Positions 10,413-21,348 of a DNA stretch of 64,000 nt are shown here, one piece after another (the stretch's first letter is position 1; each line of letters opens with the position of its first letter). Origin of the DNA: Minutocellus sp. GHC0000111 (Eukaryota); contig OZ361259.1 in assembly GCA_977018835.1 (NCBI GenBank), forward strand, positions 3,038,001 through 3,102,000, given 5' to 3'. The translations under genes and the position numbers were made by a program. The notes below the pieces were generated by a model. The model was not told the origin of the DNA. It saw only the letters and a program-made list of their open reading frames with translations, and ran no database searches.

Positions 10413-13265
10413 ATGTTCAGCTCGCCAAAACCACGACCCTCCTTGGCCGATGCTCTCAAGCGTGAAGGAGTCTTCACGGACATTGCGCTTCAGGATGATG
10501 GTTCCATTAGCAGTAGCGGCCTAGTGACTCTGTCTTCTCCCAATAAGATTGATCTTGAGACCGGAGGCGGACCAACCAAAACCAAAAAGAAGAGCCGACG
10601 CAAACCCCAAGCTCAGCTTTTAGGCACACTGTGTGGAGTATTTCTACCCTGTCTCCAAAACATCCTAGGGGTGATTCTCTTCCTGCGCCTCCCTTGGATA
10701 ACTGCGCAAGCAGGGACTATCCACACCACTGCGATCGTCCTAGTATGTGTGGGGTCGACCTTCCTAACTGCACTATCTCTCTCTGCCATCGCTACTAATG
10801 GTTGTGTCATGGCTGGAGGGCCCTACTACGTGATATCTCGCACCCTTGGCCGTGAGGTCGGAGGAGCCATTGGAATTCTTTTTTTCCTGGGCACAAGCAT
10901 CGCTTGTTCCATGTATGTGATTGGATCAATAGAAGCAATCCAATCCGGATTTCAGCTCAGCGGACTCTTCCCCTTTGATACGCAAACGCTGGCATTGATC
11001 CTCATGATGCTCATTGCCGGCACCGTCGCCGTCGGTGTCAATTACGTCAACCGTGGTGCTGTCGTTTTCCTGGGAATCGTTCTCGTCTCTGTGTTCTGCC
11101 TATCGCTTGGTTGTATTCTCTTTGCCGCGGGGGTATTTCAAGGTGAGCTGGACGCCTCGGCACGAAAATTTGGCGACAACACGACACCGTTTTACGGCCT
11201 CGACACCGATACTGGTAAAGCCCCATCCTTCTTGAGCCTCTTGGCACTCTTTTATCCATCGGTGACGGGCATCATGGCGGGCAGCAACCGCTCGGCTGTC
11301 CTTGCCGATCCCTCACGATCGATTCCAACGGGTACCCTCTCTACAATCGGTGTGACGACGTTTCTCTATCTTGCAGTGGTCTGGTTATTTGGTTCGACAA
11401 TCTCTCGTGAAGCTCTCCTCGATGATAAACTCATTGTAACCAGTGTGGCATGGCCCGCGGGGATAGTTGTTCGTGTGGGGATAGTAATGAGTAGCGTTGG
11501 CGCTGCCCTCCAGTGTATGGCCGGTGCCCCAAGACTTCTGAGCGCAATTGCTGCTGATGATTGCATCGGATTTCTCAAATGCCTCAAGCCAGCAACAGTT
11601 TCGGCCAATCCGGTACGTGCCATTGTGGTCACGTGGATCATAGCTTCGATCCCTTGTCTCGCGGGGAGTTTGGATGCAATTACACCCCTCATCACATTAT
11701 TCTTCTTGGCCATGTACGCCGGAATCAATCTCAGCTGCTTCCTTCTCAGTGTTCTCAAGGCCCCGAGCTTTCGTCCAACCTTTCGTTGTTTTCATTGGTC
11801 GACGAGCCTCCTTGGTTGCTTGTGGTGCCTGGGGCTGGCTTTTACAATTGACTACGGCGTTGCTCTTGGCACCATTGCATTGACGGCTGTCTTATTTATG
11901 TACATTTTGCGAGGAAGGTCAGGCACCACAAACGGTGACTTTGGTGATATCGTCCAAGGAATTCGCTTTGCTTGGTGTCACAGCCTCTCGGGTCGAATGG
12001 TCGAGACCGACGCAGTCCACGCCAAGAACTACCGACCATATATTCTCGCTCTCATCAGGGCAGATCGTCACGGCATCTTGACAGCATCCAGTAGCACAGG
12101 CCTAATCCGACTGTGTGCGCAGCTCAACAAGGGTCGAGGCATGACAATGCTAATGTCCATTATGAATGGCTCCATCGATGATGCCGAGAGCAACGAAGCT
12201 TCTCTCAATGCCAAGATTGAGATGCAGAAGCAAATCGCCGTAGAGAAACTCCAGGCATTTCCTCCCGATGTCGTCTTGACATCCAACACTACCGAAGCCA
12301 TAGGGATCTTGGCTTGGCACGGAGGCATCGGACCGTTGCGTCCCAATACCGTCTTGATTTCGTGGCCAGAGGATTCGGTTGGAAATCCACAGGCGTGCAC
12401 TGACCTTACCACATCGCTACGCTACCTAGTCGAGGCCCGAAAGACGATATTGATGCTTAAAAGTGGCCCATCCTTTCCTGGAGACCTCGACCGTCTTGGA
12501 AAGCACGAGCGAAACGAAACCATTGACATTTGGTGGTTGTGCCACGACGGTGGACTTTTGCTTCTGTTGCCTTTTCTTCTATCGCGCAATGCGACCTGGC
12601 GTGGCACGAAGCTTCGTTTGTTTGCCGGTATCACGTCGCCCATTGTGAGCGATTTGGACCACTTCAGGGAAGCCATCGATCAGCATCTCAAGAAGGCCAG
12701 GATCGAGGCGGAGGTTCAGGTTGTGGATCTGTCACATCTACATAACGCTACGAGCGCCATTGAAGCCCCGCCAATTCATTCCGATGCGGACAGTGATTCC
12801 GTTGAGGGTACCCTTCTCTACCAGCTCTTAAGTCCCGAAAAGACGAATCTACCGTCTGCAAGGCCCACATCGCCCAATGTTTTGGACAAGAAGATGGAAT
12901 GCAGCTTGGATCGGTCTGACGATACCCGTAGCACCGAAACAGAACAACCCGAAACTCCTCGTCAGCGACTGACATTTGTTGACGACGATCACAGCACATC
13001 TGTTGACTGCGTCGTTGGGGCGGGCACGAGTACTGCCAGCGGAGTCTTTTCCTCGTCAGACCAGACCGCCGCCGTTTTGCTCAACAAGGCCATTCGCACC
13101 CACAGCGCCGATAGGGCTCGTCTCATTGTTACCAACCTGCCCCTGCTTCGCCCAGATACCAGCCCCGTGGCCTTTGTCAATTTCGTGGACACCATGACTA
13201 GGGATATTGACAATGTTTCGCTCGTCCGAGGATCTGGCAGTGAGGTCATCACCCAGTATGCTTGA
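10413..13265 (+). CDS. Cation-chloride cotransporter (SLC12/CCC family, KCC-like)
   Basis: GVFLPCLQNILGVILFLRLPW, GGPYYVISRTLG, FYPSVTGIMAGSNRS, GAPRLL, KNYRP, RPNTV, IDIWWLCHDGGLLLLLPFLL and a C-terminal LVRGSGSEVIT. Confidence 0.95.
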   Translation: MFSSPKPRPSLADALKREGVFTDIALQDDGSISSSGLVTLSSPNKIDLETGGGPTKTKKKSRRKPQAQLLGTLCGVFLPCLQNILGVILFLRLPWITAQAGTIHTTAIVLVCVGSTFLTALSLSAIATNGCVMAGGPYYVISRTLGREVGGAIGILFFLGTSIACSMYVIGSIEAIQSGFQLSGLFPFDTQTLALILMMLIAGTVAVGVNYVNRGAVVFLGIVLVSVFCLSLGCILFAAGVFQGELDASARKFGDNTTPFYGLDTDTGKAPSFLSLLALFYPSVTGIMAGSNRSAVLADPSRSIPTGTLSTIGVTTFLYLAVVWLFGSTISREALLDDKLIVTSVAWPAGIVVRVGIVMSSVGAALQCMAGAPRLLSAIAADDCIGFLKCLKPATVSANPVRAIVVTWIIASIPCLAGSLDAITPLITLFFLAMYAGINLSCFLLSVLKAPSFRPTFRCFHWSTSLLGCLWCLGLAFTIDYGVALGTIALTAVLFMYILRGRSGTTNGDFGDIVQGIRFAWCHSLSGRMVETDAVHAKNYRPYILALIRADRHGILTASSSTGLIRLCAQLNKGRGMTMLMSIMNGSIDDAESNEASLNAKIEMQKQIAVEKLQAFPPDVVLTSNTTEAIGILAWHGGIGPLRPNTVLISWPEDSVGNPQACTDLTTSLRYLVEARKTILMLKSGPSFPGDLDRLGKHERNETIDIWWLCHDGGLLLLLPFLLSRNATWRGTKLRLFAGITSPIVSDLDHFREAIDQHLKKARIEAEVQVVDLSHLHNATSAIEAPPIHSDADSDSVEGTLLYQLLSPEKTNLPSARPTSPNVLDKKMECSLDRSDDTRSTETEQPETPRQRLTFVDDDHSTSVDCVVGAGTSTASGVFSSSDQTAAVLLNKAIRTHSADRARLIVTNLPLLRPDTSPVAFVNFVDTMTRDIDNVSLVRGSGSEVITQYA

Positions 13266-13371
13266 AGATATATACAGTATCTCTGTACGTGTAGCCACAA
13301 TAACACAAGTAGCCGTACACGCAGCCGCAATCCTCATCTTCATGTCACTCTCCTGTTATTTAGTATTTTGC

Positions 13372-13806
13372 TTACTTTCCATTCTTTGCATCAGCGGTCT
13401 CCAACTCATAACCGGCAATGGCATCCCTTAGCCTTTTCTCCTCAGCCTCCAGATCATTGCCTTCGCCGTATCGGCGTCGCATGGCCCTGTATTTCTTAAG
13501 CTGGATGACGCCCACCATCTCATTGATCATCTTCCGACCACGACCGGCAGCCAGCCGAATCTCTTTTTCGCATTTGGGATCGGCGTGGCAGTTGGGCTTG
13601 GGTGCAGCAGCAGCAGCAGCAGCAGCAGCGCTGCCATCGCCACGATCACCTGTGCCTCGTCCTTGTGTGTAACATGACGGACAATTCTTGCTGTCGCGAA
13701 GGGCCGCCTTCCACGTCCTTCGGACGTATTCCATGCCATCGGGATGTGGATAGTCCCTACCGACGATGATGGCACGCTTGTACAGGTCTCGAACGAGGGG
13801 GTGCAT
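13372..13806 (-). CDS. LYR-motif protein, LYRM5/ETFRF1-like
   Basis: VRDLYKRAIIVGRDYP ... QLKKYRAMRRRY matches the LYRM5 pattern; contains a poly-Ala (GCT)n insertion. Confidence 0.8.
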   Translation of the reverse strand: MHPLVRDLYKRAIIVGRDYPHPDGMEYVRRTWKAALRDSKNCPSCYTQGRGTGDRGDGSAAAAAAAAAPKPNCHADPKCEKEIRLAAGRGRKMINEMVGVIQLKKYRAMRRRYGEGNDLEAEEKRLRDAIAGYELETADAKNGK

Positions 13807-13940
13807 GGTGGCGGGTGGTCCAAAAATAATTAATGAGGCATGTTGCAATGGTCCCTCCTTTCCGGGTTATCAAATATGTTCATCAGTTCATCATCATCAT
13901 CATCACTCAAAGATACGGCGGCGCTTGACTTTAGACGAAG

Positions 13941-14669
13941 ATGGCGAAGTGCCCAGGCTATCCAATGTCCACCTCCTTTGTGACATGCAACAGAGGCCGA
14001 CCATTGCCATCGCTTCCATCGTTGGTCCAACCCCCGCATTTCAGCACATCATGTGATGCTCGTTACCACTCCACGCCTTTGAGTGGATCTTTACTTGCCG
14101 AGCGCAAACGACGCGATCCCTACCTGCCGCCAGACCCTACCGATCCTCCCGACAATCCACTGTTTGAGGTTGTTGCGTCGGTATCTTCTCTCGCATCAAC
14201 ACAAATCGGCGGCATCGGCGGCATTTCCCTGGGATATCCACTGTTTCTCGCCTCTACAATCCTCATTCTGCCCATCACGACGTCCACCCTGCTCTGTGTG
14301 TTCTTCGTTGCTTATTGGAATCTCGGTCGATCGGTTGGCGGCTTTGGCGGTGATGCCTATGATGATGACGGCGGTGAATTAGAAGAAGATGAAGATGGCA
14401 CATCCGATCTGCTAGCTCTGGTTGGTGCCATTGCCTCGGCCGGTTTGTTGTCTCCAGACGGTTTCACAATATCTGCTACTGATTCTGATGGCGGCATGCC
14501 AGCAATGGGTATTGGTCTCCTGGCGTTGGGAAGTATTGCAATTATTGCCTCGGTATTTGGCCAATCCGAAACTCAAAAGTTAGCAGCAGCAAAACACGAT
14601 GATGAACTTGAGGAAGCCAACCGAAGATTAATGGATGAGTTCGATAAGAAGTTGAAAGGTCCAAGGTAG
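13941..14669 (+). CDS. Hypothetical multi-pass membrane protein; start uncertain
   Basis: 242-aa ORF with 3-4 hydrophobic segments and a charged C-terminal helix. Confidence 0.6.
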   Translation: MAKCPGYPMSTSFVTCNRGRPLPSLPSLVQPPHFSTSCDARYHSTPLSGSLLAERKRRDPYLPPDPTDPPDNPLFEVVASVSSLASTQIGGIGGISLGYPLFLASTILILPITTSTLLCVFFVAYWNLGRSVGGFGGDAYDDDGGELEEDEDGTSDLLALVGAIASAGLLSPDGFTISATDSDGGMPAMGIGLLALGSIAIIASVFGQSETQKLAAAKHDDELEEANRRLMDEFDKKLKGPR

Positions 14670-14714
14670 TGAAATGGTTTGTTCCAACATAGCCTTTTCT
14701 AAATACTAGTATTA

Positions 14715-16295
14715 TTATTGCTTGTCGCTACCATCATCGCCCTCCACGGCCTCGGCATCTTTTTCGGTGACATCGTATGCCTCCAAAATCTCGCTTCGCA
14801 GAACATTGGCGCCATCCTCATCTCCAGTCACCGCCAACAATTCTGCGAGACTGAACTTGGTCGCCACCACCTCGGGATGGTGCTTATCTCGCAATTCCGA
14901 TCGTACCTTCAATGCCGACTCGTATAATCGACGAGATTCGGCATACATGTCGTTCCGATCCAAATGAGCGGGGATGGAGACACAGGCCTCGGCGGCGGTA
15001 CCGATGACGTCGGCACGGCTCTTGAGAAATACAGCCAGATTCTGCGCAGCCGACGCCGCCGAGAGAGTTTGAATGTCCGATCCTGATCCTCCCCCCGTCG
15101 CGGCAGCCTTTTGCTGCTCAATGTGCTTGGAAAGCATCTTCTTCTCCCAGTTGCGCTTTCGCTTGGACACTGGTTTGTTCTTTTGTCTCTCGGCCTTTTG
15201 AGCATCAATTTTCTGATTGTGCGCCGATACGTTTGCCCTGCGACCACGAGGATTGGCCGTTGCCGTGTTGAGGGCCTATCGTAAATGATCCTCGGCAGCC
15301 TCCCACCCCCGACCGTCAACCTTGCCACCGCCGCTGCCTGTATCAGTGGCATCATCTGCCGATGATGAAGACTTTTCTTCCTCGCCGTTGGACTCTGTCC
15401 TGGCTTTCGCCTTCTCAGCCGCGGCAGCATGCCTCAGCAAAACCAGCGCCGCCAGCGCGCCGCCCAGATTGCTCCGGCTGGTCACCGTGTTGGGGTGGTC
15501 GTCTCCGAGCTCCACCACGCGTATGGCCAGAGCATCGTCAAAGTACCTGACGGCCGATTCGTTCAGCTCCAGCCGTTGCGCCACGTCCAAATCTTCGTCG
15601 ACGTGCGCCTGGGCCCGATCGAGGTTGCCCAGATTGTTCAGCGCGGCGGCGTAGCTGGCATGATCGGCGCCGACAATGTCCCCATACAGCTCCAGGGCCT
15701 TGGTGTAGTTGGTATGGGAATCGTCAAACTGACCCAAGGCCTTGTGCATCAGACCGATGTTGTTGTAGGCACTGGCCGTGGCGGGGTGGTTGTCCCCGAA
15801 CAGCTTCTGGCAGGCGTCGAGGAGCTGATGGGAGGTTTCCAGTGCCTCACTGTAAGCCGCGTGGCGATAATGCGTCCGAATGTGCGACTGCATTTCCAGG
15901 ATGCGCTCTTCGGCCTTTTGGGCAAAGGGGTTGTCGTCGTCTGCTTTTTTGTTGTTGTCGTTGGTTGTGTCGTTGGAGGAAGACGTCGGAGAAGAAGGAG
16001 ACGATGCTGACGTTTGGGTAATCTTGATCTCCTGGGAGAGTATCGACGTGCCTGAAGAATATACACGGATACTGACATGCTGATGACGATGACGACAACG
16101 ACGGTCATCTTTGGACTCAGAACCAGCAGCATGCGGTGATGAGGAGGAAGGGTACGAGTAGCAGTAATGACGAAGCTGAGGGGGGACATGGAGTGATAGT
16201 AATGATGACGGTGATTGCACATCGCCCGCATGTAAAAGTGCAGAGGATATAGAAGATTTACGTGCCGCCGCCGAGGCGGTGGCTGGTCTCCTCAT
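14715..16295 (-). CDS. TPR-repeat protein (kinesin-light-chain-type TPR) with an in-frame TAG at 15276-15278
   Basis: HPATASAYNNIGLMHKALGQF, HASYAAALNNLGNL, HPNTVTSRSNLG and HPEVVATKFSLAELL. The two track ORFs are in the same frame across the TAG (EDHLR*ALNTA). Confidence 0.85.
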
Positions 16296-16688
16296 GGTTG
16301 CTGCGGCTGGTAGATTGGGCGGGTTTGCAGTTTGTCGTTTGCAGCTCGAAATACGGATGGTAGAAGGACAGACGATCGTCTGGCTGTCAACCGTGACCGA
16401 AACCGAGAGTTGCAGAGTGTTCCCGGCGAAAGTCCCTGCGGCCTGATTCATTCAACTTGAAGCAACTGAGCGCCACGTCAAAGCCTCCGGTTTCTTTTCC
16501 TTGCTTGGTTTTGACTTTCTGCCGTCTGCTCAAAGACATTGGCTGAATATCAGTTGTAGATGTACTACGTACGTAGCTAGTATGATTTGGCGGCAGCAAC
16601 CTACACGTATTTTTTCACCCGGGCACCGATCAACCTGCCTCCTCTTTCCTCTCCGCTTCTCTGACCATCCCCTTGAAGCCCTCGAACG

Positions 16689-19600
16689 ATGGTCCCTCCT
16701 GCCGCTGATGCCGCTGAGCACGGCGGCGCCGCTACTTCGTCCCCTTCTTCTGCCCAGCCGCAGGAGCCTCCCAACAGCAACAACAATGGCACAACCAGCA
16801 GTGGGGGTGCTTCAGCATCATCAGCTTCAACCTCCAAGAGCAATCCAACTGAAACTACTGAAACTTCTACCGGAGAATCATCATCATCGTCGTCATCGTC
16901 GGACCCCTCCCCCTTCTCTTCCTACACCGCCAGCGCCGGATACAAGGGGGATTACGTGTCGGATTACGAGCTGCTGCTGACCGGGGAGAAGCCCAAGGCT
17001 AAGGCGGCCTCCACTTCCGATGCTACTTCTTCTTCCACGCCCTCGGTCTCGCAGGTCGTCGAAGGGATGCGCAAGACGGGAGGGCGGCCGGCCGATACCA
17101 AGCTGGTGCCCAACCTTGGCGGCAAGATGAAGGGCAAGGACAGCAATCAGAGGCACACATCGTCCAAGAAGGAACAGAAGGCGGCGGCCAAAAAGGTTGC
17201 ATTCCAGCAGCAACCATCGCCTTCACCAGCAGGAGCAGGAGCGGCCAAAGTCCAGGCGCGAGTGTCCTCGTCCGCCGAGGCCGGGAGGATCTTTTCCAAC
17301 GCCTCGGCGGCGGCCTCGGCCACCTCTGCCGCCGTCGATCCCACCGGCGCGGCGGCGGGAGCATCCTCGGCCGGCGCGTCGCCGAACACGCTGTTGGACC
17401 ATCACGCCGAATCCATCCTGCAGGTCGACGCGCACTTCCGCCGGGCGGCGGCGGCCGTTTGGATCGTCTACCCCACCTTCATCGCCATCTCGTATCGATT
17501 CTGCCCGCCCGACCTCGTCCAACCCCTGGTGGGCATCGAGATGAATGCCGCCGCCCTCGCCGCCATCCTACTCTTTGTCAGTGTCGTATCCATCATCCTC
17601 CCCCTGCTGTATCGAGGACGGCAGCGAGCTTTAAGTGGCGTCGTCATCGGTGCCCTCACGGTCCAGAGCGTGGCGTTCATTACCGACCTCCTCATGGCCA
17701 GCATTGCCGTGCCGGTGATGATCGATCCGGTCTTTGGCACGCGCGTCCATCTTCTGAGGTGGTGCGAGTGGACCCCGTTGGCGTTCCTCATGACCTTCCT
17801 CACCGAGGGAGTGGGTGTGCCCGACGTCCTGTCCAAACGGATGAAGGGCGGGTGGAAGGAAAGTCTCGGCAGGAAGAAGAAGGACGATGACTACAGGGAC
17901 GACAAAGACGACGACGACAAGGAGGAAGACGATGGCAAGTACGAGCCCGACATGTCCAAGTCCACCCACATCGTCGCCGCCTACACCAATGGTCTGGCCC
18001 AGGGCTTCTCGACGCTCTGCGGTCTCATCTTCCCCTTCTGTCCCGGCCTCAAATCCTGGACGTTCTTCATGGTGGTGTCGTGCCTGCTCTTCTTCGTCAT
18101 CTTCTACCGCCTCAAGTGCAAGATCAACAGCCACCGGAAGATGGCCATGGGATCGTCCGTCGACGAGATTGAGATCTACAACCGTTCCCTCTTAAGTCTC
18201 AAGCTTTTGGGCACCTGCACCTTCCTTTGGACCGTCCTGGTCTGCACGTACTTCTTCTCCACCGTCGGGCCGACGGTGTTTCCCAGCCTCGAGGACAAGG
18301 TTGACGTCGAAGCTCTGACCATGGTCGGCGAATGCACCATGGACGTCGTGGCCAAGGTCCTGTACATGTTCATCATCGTCGACGTACACGATCAGGTCTT
18401 CGATCAGAGCGGCCGTGCCGAGCGGAGGTTGGAGGAGCTCCGCCAGATGATGGCCGTGGTTTGGGACAACTCCAGCGACGTCATTGGCATTTCCGTCCGC
18501 AGCATCAACGGCAACGTTACCACCATGTTGAGTAAGTAGATCTATGAATGATTGGATGGTGTATGGTCCTGTGTCTGATCGGAAATGCGCCATTCGGTCA
18601 TCATGGCTTGCCATTGGAATTTTATGTATAATATCTAACCCTGCGCTCTCTACTACATTTATTTTCATTCCTTTCACGCACACCGCAGGTCCGACGTACC
18701 TAAAGATCTATCAGAAGCGCAAAGAAAAACTTACTGCCCCCAGCAAAGATTCCAAGCGGTATGGAAAGGATGGGCAGGGCAACGCACTGATCTTTGAGCT
18801 CGATGCCAAAGAATTTGGCCATAGCGAGGAGGGAGAAGAAGAGGCCAAGGTCAGTACCAAGGCGTCCCGCAGAGCATCCTACAAGGATGCCCAAGAAGCC
18901 AGCCCGACAGCATTCAAGGAGGCCAGCTCTAGATTTCTATCCAAGGGTGCAACCAAGGATGGAGCGGGCCGACGCGTGGAACCAAAGATTGTGTACAACA
19001 TCGAATTTGCCGCGTCCTCCTCGAAAAAGAAACGCAGGTCTTCTGTTTCGAGTGCTCCCGCTGGTAGCGACGATGATGACGACGGACAGAGGTCGGAACG
19101 GCGTCGTGCGTACGGCAACGTTACTGGCTATGCGGCGCCGGAGACGCCCGATATTCGTCCCGAAGAATTTTCGTCTGTGGCGGAGCTTGTGGTACGGGCT
19201 TGGGATCTTGACGCCACTGAAACCCTGCTCATGCAAGATCTCGTGCTTCTTCACCAAGCCGAAGAGCATATTATTCGGTGAGAGGCCAAGGTGACGAGGC
19301 TCGAGGAGAATGCCCTGGTTATTGTTGTGCGAGACATATCGGAACGTTTCCGACGGTTTGAAGCCGAAAAGAAGGTCATTCATGAGACCACAGCAAGGGA
19401 GAAGGATGCCGAGGCTAATCGCTTCACCCGGCACGAGGTGAAGAATGGTCTTCTTGCGGCTATTGGACTCTGCGATAGTCTCAGAGATACCCTCGTCGAT
19501 AAGAACTCTCTATCGAACAATCCCATCACTGGCGGCGAAGTAGTATCTAGCAACAACATGATCGCAACGGAAAAGCTTGGACAGCTCTTGTCTCTCCGAG

Positions 19601-21234
19601 GTAGTCTAGCAACACTTCAAAAGATGCCGGTGTCGAGTGGCGGCCACAATCCTGCCGACCTTGCAACTGATCTGGGCAGATGTCTCAGCGAGCTTGATAA
19701 GACCTTGCACGAGGTCCTTGACACGATCTTGGCCGAAGCCATGGCGCGCGATGTGATCCACGAAGTGTATGAGCCCAAGCTGGAAAAGGTCGACATCAAG
19801 GGAATTCTCTGCGGAACGAATCTCAATGTTTTCAAGGAATCTCGGCTCGAGCGCTTCCCATTTCTTACACATCCAAATCCACTGCCACAATTTGCCTTCG
19901 ATCCCCAACTACTCAAATACATCCACCGAAACGCAATATCCAATGGATGCAAGTACGGCAAGAAGGGCGGTCTTGTCCTTACTGAGCTGCACTACGATGC
20001 AAAGAAGGGCATGTTCCAGATGGATGTTGTTAATTTGCCCGGCGAACATCACGACAAGCTTGTAGCGATGGGAGATGCCGCCAGTGCCGCGGTCTTCTCG
20101 CCCCGGAAGCGTTTACATTCCGGATTCAGCGAGAGCAAGAGTAGGAGTGAGTTCATTGAGTCCCATTCTTCCGGCGATGGTGCATGGATTATGACCAAGT
20201 GTGCCAAGACACTCGGAGGAGAATGTTCCATCAAGTTTGAGTCGAATCGCACAGTCTTTAGTCTGCGATGTCCTATCGTTACCTTTGAGGATTCTGTCAA
20301 CAAGAACACCTCAATCCATCCCAGCAACTTCAAACTGCCCGACAACGTTTGGGGGATTGCCATAGATGACTCCAAAATCCAACGCAAATTACTTGATCGC
20401 TTCCTCCAACTTGCTGGCGTTCGAAAGGACCGATGCATCGTCCAGGGCGAGAATATGCAAGAAATTGAAAGTTTTGACGACTTCGTGGTAGATCACATTG
20501 AACAGTATCCCGATGACTATTTCGTCCTCATTGCCGACGAGAATCTCGACGTCGCGGACGACAGCATGTCGACGCATGTAACAATCTCCGGGTCCATGTG
20601 TATTGAAAACATCCGGCATCGCCTTCTCCCTGACCAAGAACGACGAATGCTTGCTCTGGTGCGATCTGCGAACGACTCATCTCGGGATATTGCGATTTAT
20701 AACTCAAGAGCACATGGCTTTCTTCCCAAGGCTCCGATCCAAAAACAGGGAGTTTTGGAAATGCTTGCTCCTGCGTGGGAGAAACGTTTCCCGCCTGGTG
20801 GTTTGGCCGACGAGGATGCTCACGTCAGCCCAAATATTCCAACACTCGTGGAGGATACCGGTACAGATAGCGAAGACGACCTTGAATTGCAAATCGACAT
20901 GGCGGAATTGCGAGCCGAGGTGGAAGAATTACACGCCATGTGCTCGGCTGATGATGACGTGCTCGCCGAAAAGTGGCCGTTGATTTGGGAGCGATTGCAT
21001 GCTCTCAAGGGCGATCTCAAATCTTTGCCCAATAACGGCCGAGCTTCGGCTGCGGTAGAAACTATCAGCTCTCTGCGCGGCTCGACCTTGCCAAATAACT
21101 TCAGGGGCAGGTGGATCACCATCCATGCTCTTGTCAAGAGCATCTGGGCATTAGCCTTCCAATTACTCCTAGTTTTGATTAAAACATGTATAAATATATC
21201 ACCAACAAAGGGAATACAGACAATGAGTTTATGA
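16689..21234 (+). CDS. Rhodopsin-PAS-histidine kinase-receiver-Hpt hybrid protein; exons 16689-18531 and 18689-21234; in-frame TGA at 19279-19281
   Basis: Eight hydrophobic helices with LRWCEWTPL and ECTMDVVAKV. Intron GTAAGT(18532)..GCAG(18688) is in frame. PAC end IVVRDISER, H-box RFTRHEVKNGL, N-box HRNAISNGCKYG, G-box SSGDGAW, receiver IAIDDS/LIADEN/RSAN/FLPK, Hpt-like LHALKGDL. Confidence 0.88.
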
Positions 21235-21348
21235 ATTACTTTTACATTTGCAAATTAGTTATGAATATCAATGTCAATACTTTCGATGGAAAAGTGGTAC
21301 AAGTGTGACGTAGTTAGCAGCTGGCATGGATTATTCTCCAAACAACAT

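Noticed and set aside
9936..15278. TAG reassignment (alternative genetic code), suggested by two in-frame TAGs
   Set aside because: TAG serves as the normal terminator of several genes here (for example 14669, 24939, 50556), and frameshifts are equally common, which points to errors or mutations.
18544..18688. Separate gene start for the 245-aa ORF
   Set aside because: This stretch lies inside the GT-AG intron 18532-18688, which links the rhodopsin exon to the downstream frame.
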